NCBI GenBank assembly: GCA_032718475.1
Contig: JAUCBJ010006257.1
Coordinates: forward strand, 1 to 64,000
Reading direction: 5' to 3'
DNA length: 64,000 nucleotides
Source of the DNA: Nemertoderma westbladi
Lineage: Eukaryota; Animalia; Xenacoelomorpha
Shown: in pieces, positions 34,861 through 47,720 of the stretch
Layout: each line of letters begins with the position of its first letter
Numbering within the stretch: position 1 is the first letter of the stretch
Program-made: the position numbers and the translations under genes
The notes under the pieces: generated by a model
Database searches by the model: none
Seen by the model: the letters and a program-made list of their open reading frames with translations, nothing else
Told to the model about the DNA's origin: nothing

Positions 34861-37613
34861 AGTTGTTTTATATTATTTACCTATAAGTACCGCATTGTGA
34901 TTTTAATGTTTGTGACACAAATTATTTGGCTATTTTTTTTTAAATTTGGTCTTTAAATAGAAATTCAAAATAAACCAATTGGTCTTCCTGAAAGCCCGTT
35001 AAATTCCGGTTGAATGCAAGAACAGTTGGCCTATAAAGTAATCTAAAGCGTTCCAAAAGTGTACGGAGGCTTAATAGTAGTTTGTATGGATATTGGATAA
35101 AATGCCTGTACTACTCCCCTTAAGTTTGGAGTTATATTATATTTCAACTGTTATCTGAATAACTGATTATTTTTTTTATATTAGAAAAAAATCGAACAAA
35201 TTATAATATATTTAAGGAATATTGATTAATATTAGTGCCTCTGTCTTATAAATACAAATCGTAGCTTAAGTGTCATAAGGAACTAAGTCAGAAATTTCAA
35301 TTGTTCAGGAGAGCCAATAAAATATAATATAGAGATATATATAGGGCCTTTCTGCAGTAAAATATTTCCCAATAGGATTATTGGGTATCACTTTACCACG
35401 CAATAATCATCACATTCCATTGGTTAAAGTGTTCAAAATTCACCAGTTTGGAATTGTATGAAAAAGTAAAATGCGACAAAAATAAACTTAAAGGGCCTTT
35501 ATGACACTCTTAAGCTACGGGGTGATTCTCACCGAAAGTGGCCAAATAGAACTGAAATATTCCTGAAATTTGAACTCCATTGAAACCATACAAAACTATA
35601 TATATTCTGAAAGCATTTTTTAAGGAGAATTCAATGGTGACAATCTCCGAGATGTTAGATAAAATCTTAAAGAAATAATCAAGGTAAAGTATGTGTCCCG
35701 CCTGTAATGGTTTGTCCCTCCATGTAATACGAATTTTTAGGCTGTAAATTGCCCCTGTAATGCGATGTCCCAGCCCTGTAACAATATATTCATCTATTGG
35801 TAGGCCTACCGTGTAATGCGATGTCCCCACGTTGTAACAATATAATAGTCATGTACGTATGTATTTAGTAAATTTTCCATACATAACTTTTTAGTAAGTT
35901 TTCCGAGAAAGATAAGTTTTGTCAAAATTGTGTATTATTTTTAAAAATTAATATAATCGACCACAGAAAAGAAACCAAAATCAGACAATTCCAAACTATT
36001 CGTAAGTTGCTACAATAGCCTAGAAACAAAATTAGTTCGGACAGAGTGAATTCGAAATTCAATAAACTTCGAAATTATATAAAGTTTTCATTCAGACAAA
36101 AATTGGAGAGAATCAATAATTGAGGGGTAAAGTTCAGCATCCGACATATCAAACCCTGTAAAATCCAAAATAGCGAAGTCTTTCACTGCACTTGAATGCT
36201 TCGTACATAATAGTTCGCATGGTGGAAGGCATGGTTTCGTGTTTCCATTTTGTAAATTTAACGGACCATACATAATTAATCTATGTTAGTAGAATGGTAC
36301 GGTGTAAGTTAATTAAAACAGAAAAGTTAAGTCCTGAAATTAAATGACCAAATACAGATGCTTTTCAAATTTCCCACCAATTAGTGTGCCATAGAATCAA
36401 TACTAAATTTCCCATTACAGAGAAGGGACAGTCCCTCACTGTAATGGCATCTCGCACACGTAATTTGTGGGACAATTACAGGGCCATTACATGGAGGGAC
36501 AAATTGATCTTGATATTGAATGTGTAGGGAGCACACTTTAATATTGAAGTTGGAAGTAACAATGGCTGTATTGCCCATGTTTTAATCTGCTATAATAACT
36601 TTATTTTGTTAATTCAAAATGTTACATGCAAATTTATATGCAGAATTAGTAATGGAAAACATGGGACAAAACATCTTGAACATACCGGGTTTGTCACATA
36701 TAGATGTTAAAATCTCGGCAACTACTGGATCGTTTTCAATAAGGTTTTTTTTATTGTGTTCTGTAATAATTGAGGCTGGATTTGCGCATCATCATACCGA
36801 CTGATAACTTCTTATAGCTTCTTTCGAACCTCTATTTAACATTTGGGACATTACAGGGGTCATATTGAAATTTAATAATATTTTATGCTGTTACTGGAAC
36901 GGAAGTATTTGTATCCTCCAAAAACTAATCTGAGAATGTAGGAAAATTTTCAAGCTTCCGAATGATATATAGTTTGTACACCAAGGACCATAATGGGGTC
37001 ATTCTACTGCTCTCTAAATGTTATGCAAATTCTTTAAACAAGTGTTAAAAATGCTATTTTTTAGCGTTTGACAGAGAAATATGGTAATATGCAGGGATTT
37101 TTCAACCCTGAAAACATGATGAGCAGAATTTTCAGGCCAAGTTTCATATATAAAACATTTTACCGTTTAAAAATTCACCAATCTAAACAGAAATTACGTT
37201 CCGGACAATTTCTAAGTCGGTTTTGGCCACTTTTGTTGAGAATGACCCTACGATATGTGGTAATTTAATAAAACTATTTAGCATAAAAAATGGACATTAT
37301 GTTCATGTAACTAAGTAGTAATGGGTAAAGCCTTAATAGTGCATAATTAGTTAAAGCGTCGACCATTTAAGAGGATACAATACTGATTAAATGTAATGCA
37401 TACATAGTACTCTCCTCACTACAACAGTGCCAGACACAAATTATTAAATTAAATTATTTACCGATACGCCACGCAAACAATTTTATATATAAATTATATT
37501 GATAATTACAAAATATGTATATTTATCTAATCGTTATATAGAAAAAAATAAAAAATAAATTAGATTATACGATAGAGTTGGGGTAGGCTGCAGTTTTTAA
37601 TGCACTCTGGCTA

Positions 37614-39062
37614 AACAGTGCTGCCCCATCTAGGGATCGCACCAGGTCCTTCTGGATGGGGATCCCAAACAATGCTGCCCCATCTGGGGATCAAACAAGG
37701 ACTACCTGGATCGGGAGCCCAAACGGTGCTGCCCCATCTAGGGAACGAACCAGTGCCTTCAGGATGGGGATCCCAAACAGTGCTGCCCCATCTAGGGATC
37801 GAACCAGGGCCTTCTGGATGAGGAGCCCAAACGGTGCTGCCCCATCAAGGGATCGAACCAGACGTTCTGGATGAGGAGCCCAAACAGTGCTGCCCCATCT
37901 AGGGATCGAACCAGGGCCTTCTGGATGGGGAGCCCAAACAGTGCTGCCCCATCAAGGGATCGAACCAGACGTTCTGGATGAGGAGCCCAAACAGTGCTGC
38001 CCCATCAAGGGAACGAACCAGTGCCTTCAGGATGGGGATCCCAAATAGTGCTGCCCCATCTAGGGATCGAACCAGGGCCTTCTGGATGGGGAGCCCAAAC
38101 GGTGCTGCCCCATCAAGGGATCGAACCAGACGTTCTGGATGAGGAGCCCACACAGTGCTGCCCCATCTAGGGATCGAACCAGGGCCTTCTGGATGGGGAG
38201 CCCAAACAGTGCTGCCCCATCTAGGGATCGAACCAGGACGTTCTGGATGGGGAACCCAAACAGTACTGCCCCATCTAGGGATCGAACCAGGACGTTCTGG
38301 ATAGGGAAGCCAAACAGTACTGCCCCATCTAGGGATCGAACCAGGGCCTTCTGGATGGGGAGCACAAACAGTGCTGCCACATCTATGGATCGAACCAGGA
38401 CGTTCTGGATGGGGAACCCAAACAGTACTGCCCTATCTAGGGATCGAACCAGGACGTTCTGGATAGGGAAGCCAAACAGTACTGCCCCATCTAGGGATCG
38501 AACCAGGGCCTTCTGGATGGGGAGCCCAAACAGTGCTGTTCCATCTAGGAATCGAATCAGGGCCTTCTGGATGGGGAGTCCAAACTGTGCTACCCCATCT
38601 AGGGATCGAACCAGGACGTTCTGGATGGGGAACCCAAACAGTACTGCCCCATGTGATCGAACCAGGACGTTCTGGATGGGGAACCCAAACAGTACTGCTC
38701 CATCTAGGGATCGAACCAGGGACTTCTGGATGGGGAGCACAAACAGTGCTGCCCCATCTAGGGATCAAACCAGGACTTTCTGGATCGGGAGCCCAAATGG
38801 TGCTGCCCCATCTAGGGATCGAACCAGGGCCTTTTGGATGGGGAGCCCAAACAATGCTGCCCCATCTAAGGATATAACCAGGGCCTTCTGGATGCGGAGT
38901 CCAAACAATGCTGCCCCATCTAGGGATCGAACCAGGGCCTTCTGGATGGGGAGTCCAAACAATGCTGCCCCATCTAGGGATCGAACCAGGGCCTTCTGGA
39001 TGATGAGCCCAAACAGTGCTGCTCCATCTAGGGATCGAACGAGGACCTTCCGATGATGAGTC
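37614..39062 (-). repeat. 54-bp GC-rich tandem repeat (~27 copies), tRNA-3'-half-like on the minus strand
   Basis: Unit AACAGTGCTGCCCCATCTAGGGATCGAACCAGGGCCTTCTGGATGGGGAGCCCA. Its reverse complement contains the B-box/T-loop motif GGTTCGATCCC. The repeat is certain; tRNA origin is inferred. Confidence 0.9.
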
Positions 39063-39088
39063 TAAAATATCGCAATTTTACCCAATAA

Positions 39089-42000
39089 ACTGCAGCTACT
39101 AATACTACAGCGCTATTAATACTGCAGCTATTAATACTGCAGCTATTAATACTACAGCTATTAATACTACAGCTACTAATACTGCAGCTATCAATACTGC
39201 AGCTATTAATACTGCAGCTACTAATACTGCAGCTACTAATACTACAGCTATTAATACTACAGCTATTAATACTGCAGCTATCAATACTGCAGCTATTAAT
39301 ACTACAGCTATTAATACTACAGCTATTAATACTACAGCTATTAATACTGCAGCTATTAATACTACAGTTACTAATACTACAGCTATTAATACTGCAGCTA
39401 TCAATACTGCAGCTATTAATACTGCAGCTACTAATACTGCAGCTATCAATACTGCAGCTATTAATACTGCAGCTATCAATACTGCAGCTATTAATACTGC
39501 AGCTACTAATACTGCAGCTATCAATACTGCAGCTATTAATACTGCAGCTACTAATACTGCAGCTACTACTACTAAAGCTATTAATACTGCAGCTATCAAT
39601 ACTGCAGCTATTAATACTACAGCTATTAATACTGCAGCTATTAATACTACAGCTATTAATACTACAGCTATTAATACTACAGCTAATAATACTACAGCTA
39701 CTAATACTGCAGCTATCAATACTGCAGCTACTAATACTGCAGCTACTAATACTGCAGCTATTAATACTGCAGCTAATAATACTACAGCTATAATACTACA
39801 GCTATTAATACTGCAGCTATTAATACTACAGCTACTAATACTGCAGCTATCAACACTGCAGCTACTAATACTACAGCTATTAATACTACAGCTATTAATA
39901 CTACAGCTATTAATACTGCAGCTATTAATACTACAGCTACTAATACTGCAGCTATCAACACTGCAGCTACTAATACTACAGCTATTAATACTGCAGCTAT
40001 TAATACTGCAGCTATTAATACTGCAGCTATTAATACTACAGCTATTAATACTACAGCTATTAATACTACAGCTATTAATACTACAGCTATTAATACTGCA
40101 GCTATTAATACTACAGCTATTAATACTACAGCTATTAATACTACAGCTAATAATACTACAGCTACTAATACTGCAGCTATCAATACTGCAGCTACTAATA
40201 CTGCAGCTACTAATACTGCAGCTATTAATACTGCAGCTAATAATACTACAGCTATAATACTACAGCTATTAATACTACAGCTATTAATACTACAGCTACT
40301 AATACTGCAGCTATCAACACTGCAGCTACCAATACTACAGCTATTAATACTGCAGCTATTAATACTGCAGCTATTAATACTGCAGCTACTAATACTGCAG
40401 CTATCAATACTGCAGCTATTAATACTGCAGCTACTAATACTGCAGCTATCAATACTGCAGCTATTAATACTGCAGCTATCAATACTGCAGCTATTAATAC
40501 TGCAGCTACTAATACTGCAGCTATCAATACTGCAGCTATTAATACTGCAGCTACTAATACTACAGCTATTAATACTGCAGCTATTAATACTGCAGCTATT
40601 AATACTACAGCTATTAATACTGCAGCTACTAATACTGCAGCTACTAATACTGCAGCTAATAATATTAGAGCTATTAATACAGCAGCTACTAATACTGCAG
40701 CTAATAATACTGCAGCTAATAATACTGCAGCTATTAATACTACAGCTATTAATACTACAGCTATTAATACTGCAGCTATTAATACTGCAGCTATTAATAC
40801 TGCAGCTATTAATACTACAGCTATTAATACTGCAGCTATTAATACTACAGCTATTAATACTACAGCTATTAATACTGCAGCTACTAATACTGCAGCTACT
40901 AATACTGCAGCTATCAATACTACAGTTACTAATACTGCAGCTATTAATACTGCAGCTATTAATACTACAGCTATTAATACTACAGCTATTAATACTGCAG
41001 CTATTAATACTACAGCTAATAATACTGCAGCTATTAATACTACAGCTATTAATACTACAGCTATTAATACTGCAGCTACTAATACTGCAGCTACTAATAC
41101 TGCAGCTATCAATACTACAGCTATTAATACTGCAGCTATTAATACTACAGTTACTAATACTGCAGCTATTAATACTGCAGCTATTAATACTACAGCTATT
41201 AATACTGCAGCTAATAATACTCCAGCTATAATACTACAGCTATTAATACTGCAGCTAATAATACTACAGCTATTAATACTGCAGCTATTAATACTGCAGC
41301 TACTAATACTGCAGCTACTAATACTGCATCTACTAATACTGCAGCTACTAATACTGCAGCTACTAATACTGCAGCTATTAATACTGCTGCTATTAATACT
41401 GCAGCTACTAATACTGCAGCTATTAATACTGCAGCTACTAATACTGTAGCTACTAATACTGCAGCTACTAATACTGCAGATACTAATACTGCAGCTACTA
41501 ATACTGCAGATACTAATACTGCTGCTATTAATACTGCAGCTACTAATACTGCAGCTATTAATACTACAGCTACTAATACTACAGCTACTAATACTGCAGC
41601 TATTAATACTGCAGCTACTAATACTGCAGCTACTAATACTGCAGCTACTAATACTGCAGATACTAATACTGCAGCTACTAATACTGCAGCTATTAATACT
41701 GCTGCTATTAATATGGCAGCTACTAATACTGCAGCTATTAATACTACAGCTACTAATACTGCAGCTACTAATACTGCAGCTATTAATACTGCAGCTACTA
41801 ATACTGCAGTTATTAATACTGCAGCTATTAATACTGCAGCTACTAATACTGCAGCTATTAATACTGCAGCTAATAATACTACAGCTATTAATACTGCAGC
41901 TACTAATACTGCAGCTACTAATACTGCAGATACTAATACTGCAGCTAATAATACTAGAGCTATTAATACAGCAGCTACTAATACTGCAGCTACTAATACT

Positions 42001-44033
42001 GCAGATACTAATACTGCAGCTAATAATACTAGAGCTATTAATATAGCAGCTACTAATACTGCAGCTAATAATACTACAGCTATTAATACTGCAGCTACTA
42101 ATACTGCAGCTACTAATACTGCAGCTACTAATACTGCAGCTACTAATACTGCAGCTACTAATACTGCAGCTACTAATACTGCAGCTAATAATACTCCAGC
42201 TATTAATACTGCAGCTATTAATACTACTGCTATTAATACTGCAGCTATTAATACTGCAGCTAATAATACTACAGCTATTAATACTGCAGCTATTAATACT
42301 GCAGCTACTAATACTGCAGCTATTAATACTGCAGCTACTAATACTACAGCTATTAATACTGCAGCTATTAATACTGCAGCTACTAATACTACAGCTATTA
42401 ATACTGCAGCTACTAATACTGCAGCTACTAATACTGCAGCTACTAATACTGCAGCTACTAATACTGCAGCTACTAATACTGCAGCTACTAATACTACAGC
42501 TAATAATACTAGAGCTATTAATACAGCAGCTACTAATACTGCAGCTAATAATACTCCAGCTATTAATACTGCAGCTATTAATACTACTGCTATTAATACT
42601 GCAGCTATTAATACTGCAGCTAATAATACTACAGCTATTAATACTGCAGCTATTAATACTGCAGCTACTAATACTGCAGCTACTAATACTGCAGCTACTA
42701 ATACTGCAGATACTAATACTGCAGCTAATAATACTAGAGCTATTAATACAGCAGCTACTAATACTGCAGCTAATAATACTACAGCTATTAATACTGCAGC
42801 TATTAATACTGCAGCTACTAATACTGCAGCTACTAATACTGCAGCTATTAATACTGCAGCTACTAATACTGCAGCTACTAATACTGCAGCTACTAATACT
42901 GCAGCTAATAATACTAGAGCTATTAATACAGCAGCTACTAATACTGCAGCTATTAATACTACAGCTATTAATACTGCAGCTACTAATACTGCAGCTACTA
43001 ATACTGCAGCTACTAATACTGCAGCTACTAATACTGCAGCTACTAATACTGCAGCTACTAATACTGCAGCTACTAATACTACAGCTATTAATACTGCAGC
43101 TATTAATACTACAGCTATTAATACTACAGCTATTAATACTGCAGCTATTAATACTGCAGCTACTAATACTGCAGCTACTAATACTGCAGCTACTAATACT
43201 GCAGCTAATAATACTACAGCTATTAATACTGCACCTATTAATACTGCAGCTACTAATACTGCAGCTACTAATACTGCAGCTACTAATACTGCAGCTAATA
43301 ATACTACAGCTATTAATACTGCAGCTACTAATACTACAGCTAATAATACTGCAGCTATTAATACTACAGCTATTAATACTGCAGCTACTAATACTGCAGC
43401 TACTACTACTAAAGCTATTAATACTGCAGCTATCAATACTGCAGCTATTAATACTACAGCTATTAATACTGCAGCTATTAATACTACAGCTATTAATACT
43501 ACAGCTATTAATACTACAGCTAATAATACTACAGCTACTAATACTGCAGCTATCAATACTGCAGCTACTAATACTGCAGCTACTAATACTGCAGCTATTA
43601 ATACTGCAGCTACTAATACTGCAGCTATTAATACTACAGCTATTAATACTGCAGCTATTAATACTGCAGCTATTAATACTACAGCTATTAATACTGCAGC
43701 TACTAATACTGCAGCTAATAATACTACAGCTATTAATACTGCAGCTACTAATACTACAGCTATTAATACTGCAGCTATTAATACTGCAGCTACTAATACT
43801 GCAGCAATTAATACTGCAGCTATTAATACTGCAGCTACTAATACTGCAGCTACTAATACTGCAGCTATTAATACTACAGCTATTAATACTGCAGCTATTA
43901 ATACTACAGCTATTAATACTGCAGCTACTAATACTGCAGCTACTAATACTGCAGCTATTAATACTACAGTTACTAATACAGCTATTAATACTGCAGCTAT
44001 TAATACTGCAGCTACTAATACTGCAGCTACAGC
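39089..44033. repeat. 15-bp minisatellite (ACTGCAGCTATTAAT)n, ~4.9 kb
   Basis: Directly visible. Variants ACTACAG and CTACTAAT; 1-bp deletion units near 39790, 40253 and 41227. Confidence 0.97.
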
Positions 44034-44086
44034 TGTTAGTTGATTAACAAGGTTAATCTGCACTGGTCCGCCAATTGGTTTACGAA

Positions 44087-45386
44087 TTACTCCATAATTT
44101 CTGCCGATTGCGCTCCGATCTGCGACTCAGACAACGCATCGATAATATCCAGTAACAATTCCCTCCGCAAAGTTCGAACTTTCGGCAACTTGGCGATCCT
44201 CTTAAAATGGCAAACGATAATATTGAGACAATGATTCTTCATATCGAGAGCGCCTATCGAGTCAGTAGCCTCCAGTATGTGGATCACGTTCCCCGTTGTT
44301 ATATTAGTTTCTAGATTGTGTTTACAGAACGCCTGTAGTCGGTTGTTTGTGAATCCGTAGAAATGTGGCGCCGCAAACAAATAAAGAGAGTCTTCTGGGG
44401 GCATCGAAGCGTCGTCGTAATAAATATACCGCAGGAGGGAGTTAAACGATTGTAGAGTCGGGATTGTGTCGCCTATACTGATGTCTACCTCCCCACTGGA
44501 CGGCATATAGGAGCGAAACAACGCCTCGAAGTAGGCGGATCGCGCCGCTAGAATGGCCTTATGAGCGGGAACCGCTGCCCCGTTGACCCGCAGAACCACG
44601 TCGGTAAAGTCACGACCTACACTGCCGCACAGGAAGGTCTTTAGGTCCAACTCGAGGGAGGGCGTCTTGGTATCGGAGTCGGAGTGGGATTCCGGAGCTG
44701 CGAACAACGGCCCGAAACGATCGCGTCGGATAACCTCCACCAACAACTCCTTCGGGAGACTCTCGAACTCTCGCATCATTATAATTCGGTTGTAGTTGGA
44801 TTCCTTGATGATGAATCGCATACAACGTTCCTTAAGGTTATCCAACTCCAGCTGGTTGCCCTTTACGAGTATGAGCAACACGTTGTCCAGACATATACAG
44901 TTGTCAAGGTACTGTATGCAGAGCATCTCGAGTCCTTTTAGTTGCAGACAGATAGCCAGATGGTAGACGTCGACCATGAGTATAACGGCGGTTGGGGAAC
45001 ATCTGTCCTCGCTGGATACCGCCCCGTTGGTTGCTATGCCGTCCGTGTAGATGTACATTAGCGCCATACGGAAGGGTTTAACTTCTACTTTGTTGGGTAG
45101 AACTACGCGCAGTGGTTCTACTGCAGTAGATGCATCGTTATCGGCGTCAGGACCCAGATGCTTCTCGACGCTACTTCTACGCGCTTTCATCGCTTCTACA
45201 ATCGTGGCTCGCAGGTAATGCGACCGGGCCGCCACCATGGCGACGTGGGCTGTGACCACGGCCCCGTTGGGCCCCAGTACGAACTCGAGGTCTCCCAATT
45301 GACTCCCGTCTAGCAGTTTAGAGAAGTCCGACTTTAGTGTAGATTTGGGGTAGGACGACAACTGGAAACGGTAGATCTCTCCGCTC
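44087..45386 (-). CDS. LZTR1: LZTR1 exon 2 (two BTB-BACK domains, to stop)
   Basis: Acceptor ctgtttag|G at 45387/45386. Spliced read NNIR-SGEIYRFQLSSYPK matches LZTR1. BTB motifs AHVAMVAARS and AHKAILAARSAYFEA; MPPEDSLYLFAAPHFYGFTNNRLQAFCK. Confidence 0.95.
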
Positions 45387-45689
45387 CTAAACAGAATAGC
45401 GTGGTACGGTACAATTACAGAAACGTGGCTAATTAACTAATTAAATTAATTTATTAACAACAAAACATCAGAAGAAAGAAAGTATGGTATTCAATATATC
45501 AATTATTTCATTGTAAATCTTTAATATATATAGAATGATGAATTGTATATTTTTCTTTGATTCTTTCTTGACTAATTTTCGGTCTCTTGATGACAGGATG
45601 GCCTAGATGTAATGAAAGAATGTGTTACCTTGGCTGTTACCGGTAGTTACTTTGGCATATTAAATCCTTTGACCAAATATAAAATGCAA

Positions 45690-45920
45690 GAAAAGCAAAC
45701 AGTCGGCCGAGGCCGGAGGCGACCCGAAGGATCCTCCTTCGATAATTGCTACCCGAGGGTAGGAGTGGCAGTGGGGTGGGGGGGCTAATCCTATCCTTAG
45801 TTTTTGCTTCCAGTAATTCAACTGATCCCCAGTGGATAAAAGGCTGAATGGACCCTGGTGGGAGTCGAACCTACAACCAATAGATTGCAGGCCCGGCGCT
45901 CAACCAACTGAGGTACCCCC
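45690..45920 (-). mobile_element. tRNA-derived SINE in the LZTR1 intron
   Basis: Minus-strand head GGGGGTACCTCAGTTGGTTGAGCGCCGGGCCTGCAATCTATTGGTTGTAGGTTCGACTCCCACCAGGGTCCA (A/B boxes, unpaired acceptor stem). Followed by TTCAGCCTTTTATCC.., a GC-rich hairpin-forming 3' region and a T-rich tail. Confidence 0.75.
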
Positions 45921-46076
45921 AAAAGTCAAATTATTTAAAGAGAAACAAATGATTGCGGCTTGGGGTTATAAAATCATATCCATACAAATTACGTCCCAAC
46001 AACTGAACAACGTTGATTTGAGTTCTTAAACTTCGCGTATCAGAGAGTTTGAATAAACATACCGTATTAAACTTAC

Positions 46077-47101
46077 CTAATGTTGTTCTCCACGGTCCCC
46101 CCGAATATAAACAGCGCGTCGCCAACTACGGCAGCCGAGTGAAACAGCCTACCGTTGGGGGTCTCGCTAACCGAGGACGTCTCGTTAACCGACCAGGAAT
46201 AGGCGTCCAGATCGTAGCGGTACAGCTCGTTGGGATGACTGTTACCGGAACCGCCTCCGAACACGTACAGATACCTACCGTGGTGAACCATCGTGTGTCC
46301 ATACCGCCGCGATGGAGGGGGCCAAAGGTCTGGTAACAGATGGTCCGTAGTTAACTTCATCCACTGTCTGTTGGAGAAACGAAACTGAAACAAATTATTA
46401 GCTATTTTAGCTCCAGATTGGCCGCTGAATACGAAAATAGAATCGCGAGCTACGGTTATAGCGAAGTTACAACAAGAAGGAGGAACCTCACCCCAGTGGT
46501 CCACTCTCTCCCAGCGCCTAGTAGGGGTCGAACTCTTCACCTCTGGATTCAAACTCAACGTCCACATGTCATTTAGTCGCGCGCTTCCATCGTACCCAGC
46601 GAATATCCACATCTTGTCGTCGTAAATGACAGCCCCGTGCGCGGAACGAGCCACCGGGGTCGTTCCTTCTATAACCCGCTCGTTCCACTGCCCCGTCGAG
46701 AACTTATACTCGAAGAGATCGTTCTTATTGCGTAGATTTGAGTTGGAGTAGATGTCGCCGGTGTATCCGCCGAATATAAACATGGATTGTTGGAACACCA
46801 CGGCGGAATGGTGGTACCGCGGTGCCGGTGGGGTACCCGTTGCAAACGCACGTCCCCAAGACAACTCCCGGCAGTCGAATCGCAAGAGATCGTTTAGCAT
46901 TTTGTGTCCGTCGTCCCCCCCGAACACGTACAGGGCTTCCTTGTAGGCGACCATCGTGTGTTTGCTGCGTCTCGCGCCCACAAATTCTGCACACTCCGGC
47001 ATCTGTCGCCATTTATGGATTGTCTCATACGGACCGAAATCAAGCGTGAGACTCTCCGCGCTACCCCAGATAGAGGTTGGCGCAACTTGTCCCGTTTCCA
47101 T
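46077..47101 (-). CDS. LZTR1: LZTR1 exon 1 (Kelch repeats); joined CDS 2325 nt, 774 aa
   Basis: [63 protein letters not shown] are LZTR1 signatures. Donor AG|GTAAGT at 46077/46076; phase-2 intron 45387-46076 restores the frame. Confidence 0.95.
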
Positions 47102-47444
47102 GACAACACCGCAAATTAAAGCACAATTTTTTAGCCTTACCGGTAGACCTACCAGAGTTAATCAGTTAATTGCGATTTGACCCAAACCAGAACATCAGTT
47201 GTTGTTGTTGTTAGGTTGTCCACTGACCATTGCTGTACACTTCAGCCCCCCGCCTGTCAGCAGCGCCAGCACCAACTGCCAACTGTCAGGCAGCCGTCAT
47301 CGTCAGTTTACGGTTATTAAATAAAGCAATAAAAGGATACCAATTAAAGTCATACCAAAATCGATGAAAATTTCACCAAAAAAAAAATATTATATTACAC
47401 CATTTTAAATAATGTGACCAAAAAAAAATTATTTAAAACAAAAA

Positions 47445-47610
47445 AAATTATTCAACACCAAATAAAATCAAGTCACCCCAAATACAATTATTCAAACAAC
47501 AAAATAAATTTTTCAACACCAAAAGCAAAAACAATTATTCAACATCAAATCAATTATTCAACACCAAAAACAATTATTCAACACCAAAAACAATTATTCA
47601 ACACCAAAAT
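47445..47610. repeat. Degenerate ~20-bp A-rich repeat (AACAATTATTCAACACCAAA)
   Basis: Several imperfect copies of ATTATTCAACACCAAA upstream of LZTR1. Confidence 0.65.
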
Positions 47611-47720
47611 AAATAAATGCTCAGCAAATAAATGCTTCCCTGGTAACCCTCCGTCTAACTCTAATTGGAACCTAAAGTATGATCAGGCCCTTCTGACCTG
47701 AAATACCATGATATCATAAT

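Larger units (their letters stand above)
33513..35119. mobile_element. Non-autonomous DNA transposon, Kolobok-type (TTAA TSD, GG..CC ends)
   Basis: Perfect 18-bp TIR GGGGAGTAGTACAGGCAT (33513-33530) / ATGCCTGTACTACTCCCC (35102-35119), flanked by TTAA at 33509-12 and 35120-23. Purine-starting ends fit Kolobok rather than piggyBac (CCC). No transposase ORF. Confidence 0.8.

Noticed and set aside
39105-44063. Poly-hydrophobic AAVLI ORFs as membrane proteins
   Set aside because: A consequence of a stop-free 15-bp unit. Frameshifted three times; no domains.
45849-45920. Functional tRNA-Cys gene
   Set aside because: The acceptor and anticodon stems do not pair, and it is followed by a SINE-like body rather than a T-run terminator.
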